Assembly: GCA_964486065.1 (NCBI GenBank) | Contig: CAZAKN010000003.1 | Location: 18,559 to 82,558, forward strand | Length of the DNA stretch: 64,000 nucleotides | Direction: 5' to 3' | DNA from: an uncultured Gammaproteobacteria bacterium | GTDB lineage: Bacteria > Patescibacteriota > Patescibacteriia > UBA11705 > JABHMO01 | In this document: piece by piece, positions 58,253 through 64,000 of the stretch | Layout of the letters: every line of letters starts with the position of its first letter | Position numbering within the stretch: the first letter of the stretch is position 1 | The notes under the pieces: model-generated | What the model was told of the DNA's origin: nothing | Database searches by the model: none | What the model saw: only the letters and a program-made list of their open reading frames with translations | Position numbers and translations under genes: made by a program

Positions 58253-59641
58253 ATGATAATGCGAAAAAAAACAACTAAAAGAATAATATTGATCGCAAGT
58301 TTGGTTTTTTTAGTGGTTGGTGCATTTTCAATTATGATTGACAACTTGATTAAGCCTGTTTCAGCTCAAGATGATTCCTCATTGATTAACGATCCACGTG
58401 AATATAAATTGCGAGTGCCCATAGGTGATTTGCAAAAATTAGAATTAGAAGATGAACCGGGAGAACAGGAATGTAAGCATTATAAAGGCGGTAAATGTTA
58501 TCAAATTCCTTGGATTGCTCAGTATATTCAGGCATGGTATAAATACGCTTTGATAATCGGATCAATTTTGGCCGTAGTGTCTTTCATTGTCGGAGGAGCC
58601 ATGTATATTTTCGGAGGCATGAGTCAAAGCATGGTAACCAGAGCCAAAGAATTGATTATCGGTTCTTTGAGCGGTTTGTTATTGTTGCTAGGTTCATACA
58701 CTTTATTGCATACGATTAATCCGAATTTAGTAGACTTAACTCCCATAGAAATACCGGTTTTGAAAGGGATGTTGCAACCGCCGGAATTTTGCGAAGATAT
58801 TAATTCAGAAGATTATAAACATCATGATAAAATAGATATTTTGCAAAATGAACAACAACAACAATTTCCCCAAGGAGCGGGATGTAATACGGTTTATAAA
58901 ATTGAGTTAAATGAAAAAGGAAAAGAAGATTTTGATTTAGCGAATAATTCATGTGTTTCCAATAAATGTGAAAACCCTCAGAAAGCTTGTGTTGGGCAGA
59001 ACGGTAGCTTTAGTTGTATGGAGGTTTTGCTTGCCGGAGGAATTACTTTTCCAACTGCCATAAGTGAAGAGCTAACTCCATATATTGATGAAATGAAACT
59101 CCAAGGGACAATGGCAAATGAAAGCTATGATATAATCATGGATACGAACAAAAAATCATATTTTTTGGCGGAGGAAAAAGAGAAATTAACTTCAAATTAT
59201 TTTTATTTGGAAGTGGAAATAAATGATCCGGGATGGGACTTCAAAAAACAAGGTTCATTGGATGAAAAAATTAAAGAGCAATTAAAAGCTTATGTGAAAG
59301 CTACTGAAGACGATCATTATCGTTTGGACAAACAAGGGAATTATATAATTATGAATCCGGCTGAATCAGCTTGTTGTACAGTAAAATGCGTTAATGGTGG
59401 TCCGCATTATTTTGAAGGCTGTAAGTTGTTCAAAAATAATGATTTTGATAGAAGTGTAAATTTCAGTATTAACACGGAAAACTATTTTTGTGGAGGATTT
59501 CCCCTGGCTGAATTGGTAGAGGCCAGAAGAGAATTAACCAAAGGGACAATAACCTCATTATTTTCTTCGTTGGGGATTGATGTGGGAGGTGCTTATTGTG
59601 AATCGTCAACCGGACAAAAATATTGGGGAAATGTTGAATAA
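58253..59641 (+). CDS. CPR TrbC/VirB2-like pilin-domain protein with large Cys-rich C-terminal domain
   Basis: Signal/TM, LRVPIG, IAQYI..YKY..GSILAV..GG..AKELI..GLLLLLGSY..L.TINP.L; multiple Cys pairs. Confidence 0.75.
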   Translation: MIMRKKTTKRIILIASLVFLVVGAFSIMIDNLIKPVSAQDDSSLINDPREYKLRVPIGDLQKLELEDEPGEQECKHYKGGKCYQIPWIAQYIQAWYKYALIIGSILAVVSFIVGGAMYIFGGMSQSMVTRAKELIIGSLSGLLLLLGSYTLLHTINPNLVDLTPIEIPVLKGMLQPPEFCEDINSEDYKHHDKIDILQNEQQQQFPQGAGCNTVYKIELNEKGKEDFDLANNSCVSNKCENPQKACVGQNGSFSCMEVLLAGGITFPTAISEELTPYIDEMKLQGTMANESYDIIMDTNKKSYFLAEEKEKLTSNYFYLEVEINDPGWDFKKQGSLDEKIKEQLKAYVKATEDDHYRLDKQGNYIIMNPAESACCTVKCVNGGPHYFEGCKLFKNNDFDRSVNFSINTENYFCGGFPLAELVEARRELTKGTITSLFSSLGIDVGGAYCESSTGQKYWGNVE

Positions 59642-59647
59642 AACCAT

Positions 59648-60541
59648 ATGAAATATAAAATGCCATTTAATCATTTAATAAATCCCGGACATAGCGCTTG
59701 CGCAGGTTGCGGAGAGCTTTTGGCTATGCGTCATGTTTTAAACTCGGCCGGAACAAATACCATAGTAACCAATGCGACGGGTTGTTCGGAAGTTACGACT
59801 TCGCAATATCCGCGATCAGCTTTTAAAACTCCATGGATACATGCTAATTTTGAAAACGCGGTTCCCGTGGCTTCGGGAATTTTGGCGGCTTTGGAGCAAA
59901 AGAAAAAAAATAAGGGCGTGAATATTATTGCTTTTGGTGGCGATGGCGCGACTTTTGATATCGGCATGGGGCATTTATCGGGAATGTGGGCCAGAGGTGA
60001 AAATATTTTGTATGTTTGTTTTGATAATGAAGCATATATGAATACGGGGGAACAAGCCAGTGGCTCCACGGCCAAAAACGCGGGAACCACGACTACACCG
60101 GCGGGAAAAGAAAGTCTGGGCAATGATAAAAACAAAAAAAATATGCCTCAAATAGCTTTGGCTCATAATTGCGCTTATGTGGCCACCGCCACGGTGGGGA
60201 ATATTATTGATATTCAAAACAAAGTGAAAAAAGCCTTAACCGTGCCCGGTCCGAAGTATTTGCAAATATTATGTTCTTGCGTGCCCGGCTGGAAAATAGA
60301 AAGCCAAAATTCAGTTAAAGTCGCCAAACTGGCGCAACAGACCGCGCTTTACCCGGTGCTTGAATATATTGACGGGAAATTAACCAAGGTGGATAAATGT
60401 CCCAAACCCAGACCGAAAGTTACGGAATATTTAAAACTGCAGGGAAGATTTAAACATTTATTCAAATCTGCGGAGGGTAAACGAGGAATTCAAGAGCTTC
60501 AGCAAATAGCGGATATGAACGCGGCCAAATACGGATTGTAG
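59648..60541 (+). CDS. porB: PFOR beta subunit (TPP-binding)
   Basis: GHSACAGCG, TGC, GGDGATFDIG, DNEAYMNTG.Q, CVPGW. Confidence 0.94.
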   Translation: MKYKMPFNHLINPGHSACAGCGELLAMRHVLNSAGTNTIVTNATGCSEVTTSQYPRSAFKTPWIHANFENAVPVASGILAALEQKKKNKGVNIIAFGGDGATFDIGMGHLSGMWARGENILYVCFDNEAYMNTGEQASGSTAKNAGTTTTPAGKESLGNDKNKKNMPQIALAHNCAYVATATVGNIIDIQNKVKKALTVPGPKYLQILCSCVPGWKIESQNSVKVAKLAQQTALYPVLEYIDGKLTKVDKCPKPRPKVTEYLKLQGRFKHLFKSAEGKRGIQELQQIADMNAAKYGL

Positions 60542-60609
60542 TAATTTTCAAATAATCAAGAACTTTCAGCTTCGGTTGAAAGTTTTTTTTATTCTTCCCG
60601 CGTTCTCCA

Positions 60610-60638
60610 TTGACCGAACCGAATTACATTGCTATAAT
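60610..60638 (+). promoter_or_regulatory. sigma70 promoter of uvrA
   Basis: TTGACC-17-TATAAT with TG extension, downstream of the porB terminator (60561-60590). Confidence 0.65.
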
Positions 60639-60690
60639 GGCAGGCAAGCATGCCGACAAGAATATGGGTTTAAAAATCATTATTTAATTT

Positions 60691-63552
60691 ATGTCAAAAA
60701 AGATCAGCATCAAAGGAGCCAAAGTCAATAATTTAAAAAACATTGATTTGGAAATACCGAGGAATAAAATGGTGGTGATTACGGGATTGTCTGGTTCGGG
60801 CAAATCATCTTTGGCTTTTGATACTATATACGCGGAAGGACAAAGGCGCTATGTGGAAAGCCTGTCTTCATACGCGAAGCAGTTTTTGGATGTAAAAGAC
60901 AAGCCCGATGTTGATCAAATTACCGGTTTATCTCCGGCGATAGCTATTGACCAAAGATATAGTGCGCAAAATCCGCGTTCCACGGTGGGGACGATTACTG
61001 AAATATATGATTTGCTAAGACTTATGTTCACTCGTATTGGGCATCCGCATTGTCCGAAATGCGGTTTGGCTGTAGCTAGACAAACCGAGGAAGAAATCGT
61101 TAATAAAATTTGGAAATTCGGTAAAGGCGTTAATGTGACGATTTTGGCGCCCGTGGTCAGAGGCCAGAAAGGGAATCAGAAAAAAGTTTTTCAAGAAATA
61201 AAAAAAGCCAGATATTATCAGGTCCGAGTTGACGGGATGATGTATGATATTGAAGAAACCGCCAAACTTAATTTGGACAAGCATAAAAGCCATACGGTGG
61301 AAGTGGTGGTGGATAGAATCCTTTTGGATAATGACAAAGAAACAAAAAAACAACTTTTGGAGGGGATTAAAATCGCCGCGGATCTGGGCAATGGGATGAT
61401 TACGGTTTTGCGTTCGGATATGTCCGGCGATATTTTGTTTAGCCAATTTTATACTTGCCCTTCATGCAACATTGACTTGCCGGAAATAGAATTGCGGAGT
61501 TTTTCTTTCAATTCTCCTTTTGGCGCGTGTCCGGTTTGTTCCGGTTTGGGGACAAAAAAAGAAGTTGACCCCATTTTGGTTATCAGTAATCCTCGTTTGA
61601 CTATCGCCGAAGGTGCCATTAAACCTTGGACGAAAATATTCGCCAATCAAGGGGCAATGTGGGAATTAATGAAAATCGTGGCGCGAAAAAATAAATTTTC
61701 TCTAGATGTGCCGGTTTCCGAGTTGAATAAAAAAGCTTTGAAAATCGTGTTATATGGCACGGGAGAAAAAGAATATGAAGTCGGTTCAAATGTGATGATG
61801 TTTGAAGGCATTGTGCCACTTTTGGAAAAGAAATACAGTCAAACCGATTCGGATTATATAAAAAAAGAAATTGAAAGATATATGCGCAGTCATGTGTGTC
61901 CGGCTTGTCATGGCAAAAGATTGAAAAAGGAAAGTTTGGCGGTAACGGTGGGAGGTTTATCCATTATTGATTATACGGATGCTGCCGTGGTTGATTTAAA
62001 AGACATGATCAATGAACTTTTGCAAAGTTTGAATAAAAAAAATCAAACGGCATTTAAATATATCAAAGAGTCTTTGCGAGAAGATGAATATAAAGTGGCC
62101 GGCACGATTATTAAAGAAATTGAAATCAGAGTTGGATTTTTGGAAAATGTGGGTCTGGGCTATTTATCTCTCGGGCGTTCGGCGAACACTTTGTCCGGAG
62201 GAGAAACTCAAAGAATCCGTTTGGCCACGCAATTGGGATCTTCTTTGTCGGAAGTGATTTATGTTTTGGATGAACCTTCAATCGGATTGCATTCGGCGGA
62301 CAACCAAAGATTGATTGACACACTCAGTGAATTACGCGACAAGGGAAATACGGTAATCGTGGTGGAACATGATGAAGCGATTATGAAAAGCGCTGATTAT
62401 ATTTTTGACATTGGGCCGGGAGCTGGGATTTACGGCGGAGAAGTGGTAGCTCACGGAACTTTGGAACAAATTGAAAATAATGAAAAATCATTGACTGGAA
62501 AATATTTAAAAGGAGAAGCGGTAATTGAATTTATTAAAAAAGGAAAGCGGGGCAAAGGAAAATTTATTGAAATCAAAGGAGCCAACGCGCATAATCTGCG
62601 AAATATTGATGTAAAAATTCCGCTCGGTAAATTGGTGACCATAACGGGCGTTTCAGGATCGGGTAAGTCAACTTTGATGTCCGGAATTTTGGCCAAAGCG
62701 GTGGCGCGACATTTTTACAAAGCCAAAGATTTACCCGGAGAACATAAAGAGATAATAGGCTTTGAAAATTTGGATAAAGTCATTTCAATTGATCAAACAC
62801 CGATCGGACGCACACCGCGTTCCAATCCGGCGACTTATACCGGCGTCTTTACCTATATCCGCGATTTATTCGCTCAAGTGCCGGAAGCCAAAATAAAAGG
62901 TTTTGATGCCGGACAATTCAGCTTCAATGTTAAAGGCGGTCGCTGTGAAGCTTGCGGAGGTGATGGTTTTATTAAAATTGAAATGAAATTTTTACCGGAT
63001 GTGTATGTGGAATGTTCGGAATGCAAAGGACGCAGATATAATAAAGAAACTTTGGAAGTGCATTACCGAGGCAAAAATATTTCCGATGTTTTAAGCATGA
63101 CGGTTACCGAAGCTAAAGATTTTTTCAATGATGTGCCGATTTTAAAAGAAAAATTAACCACCTTGGAAGAAGTTGGTTTGGGTTATATTACCTTGGGACA
63201 GCCGGCCACGACTTTGTCGGGAGGGGAGGCGCAACGCATTAAATTGGCTACGGAATTGTCAAAGTACGCCACTGGAAAAACTTTGTATATTTTGGATGAA
63301 CCGACTACGGGATTGCATTTTGAAGATATTAAAAAATTGCTTGGAATATTGAATAAATTGGTGGACAAAGGAAATACCGTGCTTATTATTGAACATAATC
63401 TGGATGTGATAAAAAACAGTGATTGGATAATTGACATGGGACCTGGTGGTGGCGATAAAGGCGGTTTGATTGTGGCGGAAGGAACGCCAGAACAAGTTGT
63501 TCAAGTTGAAGATTCGCAAACCGGAGCGTATTTAAAACAAGTTCTTAAATAA
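60691..63552 (+). CDS. uvrA: Excinuclease ABC subunit A
   Basis: [15 protein letters not shown], Zn fingers, LSGGE twice, LDEP twice. Confidence 0.99.
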   Translation: MSKKISIKGAKVNNLKNIDLEIPRNKMVVITGLSGSGKSSLAFDTIYAEGQRRYVESLSSYAKQFLDVKDKPDVDQITGLSPAIAIDQRYSAQNPRSTVGTITEIYDLLRLMFTRIGHPHCPKCGLAVARQTEEEIVNKIWKFGKGVNVTILAPVVRGQKGNQKKVFQEIKKARYYQVRVDGMMYDIEETAKLNLDKHKSHTVEVVVDRILLDNDKETKKQLLEGIKIAADLGNGMITVLRSDMSGDILFSQFYTCPSCNIDLPEIELRSFSFNSPFGACPVCSGLGTKKEVDPILVISNPRLTIAEGAIKPWTKIFANQGAMWELMKIVARKNKFSLDVPVSELNKKALKIVLYGTGEKEYEVGSNVMMFEGIVPLLEKKYSQTDSDYIKKEIERYMRSHVCPACHGKRLKKESLAVTVGGLSIIDYTDAAVVDLKDMINELLQSLNKKNQTAFKYIKESLREDEYKVAGTIIKEIEIRVGFLENVGLGYLSLGRSANTLSGGETQRIRLATQLGSSLSEVIYVLDEPSIGLHSADNQRLIDTLSELRDKGNTVIVVEHDEAIMKSADYIFDIGPGAGIYGGEVVAHGTLEQIENNEKSLTGKYLKGEAVIEFIKKGKRGKGKFIEIKGANAHNLRNIDVKIPLGKLVTITGVSGSGKSTLMSGILAKAVARHFYKAKDLPGEHKEIIGFENLDKVISIDQTPIGRTPRSNPATYTGVFTYIRDLFAQVPEAKIKGFDAGQFSFNVKGGRCEACGGDGFIKIEMKFLPDVYVECSECKGRRYNKETLEVHYRGKNISDVLSMTVTEAKDFFNDVPILKEKLTTLEEVGLGYITLGQPATTLSGGEAQRIKLATELSKYATGKTLYILDEPTTGLHFEDIKKLLGILNKLVDKGNTVLIIEHNLDVIKNSDWIIDMGPGGGDKGGLIVAEGTPEQVVQVEDSQTGAYLKQVLK

Positions 63553-63580
63553 AAAAAATCCCCCGCGCGGGGGATTTTTT
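63552..63580. terminator. Bidirectional terminator
   Basis: A-run, ATCCCCC-gcgc-GGGGGAT, T-run. Confidence 0.8.
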
Positions 63581-63586
63581 ATTTAG

Positions 63587-64000
63587 TTATTTATCTTGAT
63601 TTAAAATGATATTGGCGGTGATCCGACCGCTTTCATAGATGGTCGGCAAGCCACTACCGGGATTGGTACCACCTCCCACCAAATATTGATTTTTCCCCAA
63701 GTTGTTGTGCGGTCGGAAATAAAGCATTTGGTTTAGTGAATGCGCCAAGTTGAAAGTCGCTCCCAGAAAAACATTGTAATCTTTTTCCCAATCTTGTGGT
63801 GTGATGACAATCTCCGTTTTAATATGATCGGCCACATTAAAGCCGGTTTTTTGTTTAATCTTGTCCAAGACCAAATCGCGAAAAGCTGATTTTTCCTTTT
63901 GCCAATCAATCTTTGATTTATTGTTCGGCACGGGTACCAAAACATAAATATTGGACATGCCTTCCGGCGCTAGAGAATCATCTATCGGCGAAGCGTTTCT
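63587..64000 (-). CDS. Phytoene desaturase family (CrtI/CrtN-like), C-terminal part, truncated by window edge
   Basis: NASPIDDSLAPEG, YVLVPVPN, TPQDW, LAH..QMLYFRPHN, LVGGGTNPGSGLP. Confidence 0.85.
   Translation of the reverse strand, partial: RNASPIDDSLAPEGMSNIYVLVPVPNNKSKIDWQKEKSAFRDLVLDKIKQKTGFNVADHIKTEIVITPQDWEKDYNVFLGATFNLAHSLNQMLYFRPHNNLGKNQYLVGGGTNPGSGLPTIYESGRITANIILNQDK

Noticed and set aside
60616-60627. LexA box in the uvrA promoter (GAAC-N4-TTAC)
   Set aside because: Two mismatches to GAAC-N4-GTTC and no matching site seen before ruvA; unsupported without the genome's LexA motif.
659-63945. Many short antisense or alternative-frame ORFs in the track
   Set aside because: They are shadows of well-supported genes with no recognisable motifs.
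1-64000. Genome-wide TGA recoding (code 25 or 4)
   Set aside because: Conserved genes are full length without internal TGA, and several end in TGA at the expected position; only the 7470-7856 gene shows the signal.
1-64000. CRISPR array, tRNA, rRNA, IS element, integron attC array or intron
   Set aside because: No spaced repeats, cloverleafs, transposase/integrase genes or shared cassette-boundary repeats were seen by eye; intergenic hairpins differ in sequence and fit ordinary terminators.

Overview
64 kb of AT-rich bacterial chromosome using genetic code 11, most likely a Patescibacteria/CPR (Parcubacteria, ABY1-like) genome. Supporting inference: no rpmD/L30 in the spc operon, split ComEC, a VirB2-like CPR pilin, a DUF4012 protein, GxILLQVE..GEAWY repeats and extended ribosomal proteins. 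Core content: U32 peptidase end, ruvA, FemAB, M20 peptidase, TrmH, ComEC parts, NYN, ndk, DAHP synthase, rpmB, the str-S10-spc superoperon through secY-map-ruvX-recO, a GT4/sugar-transferase cluster, RNase P RNA, trpS, rnj, secG, DsbA, PFOR porCDAB, uvrA and a phytoene desaturase end. The first 20 kb is peppered with stand-alone accessory genes. Main observations: (1) a minus-strand peptidoglycan-binding-domain gene (7470-7856) with two in-frame TGA codons, one aligning with Gly in an internal repeat; (2) two expression styles, with orphan genes carrying their own sigma70 promoter, often a boxA-like motif, and usually a strong Shine-Dalgarno, while core genes are SD-less; (3) a divergent RelA/SpoT-like synthetase; (4) two Cys-rich lipoproteins sharing an unrecognised repeated domain; (5) a pilin-like gene inside the PFOR operon. 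No CRISPR array, tRNA, rRNA or transposase was seen. All family assignments are by motif recognition, not database search.
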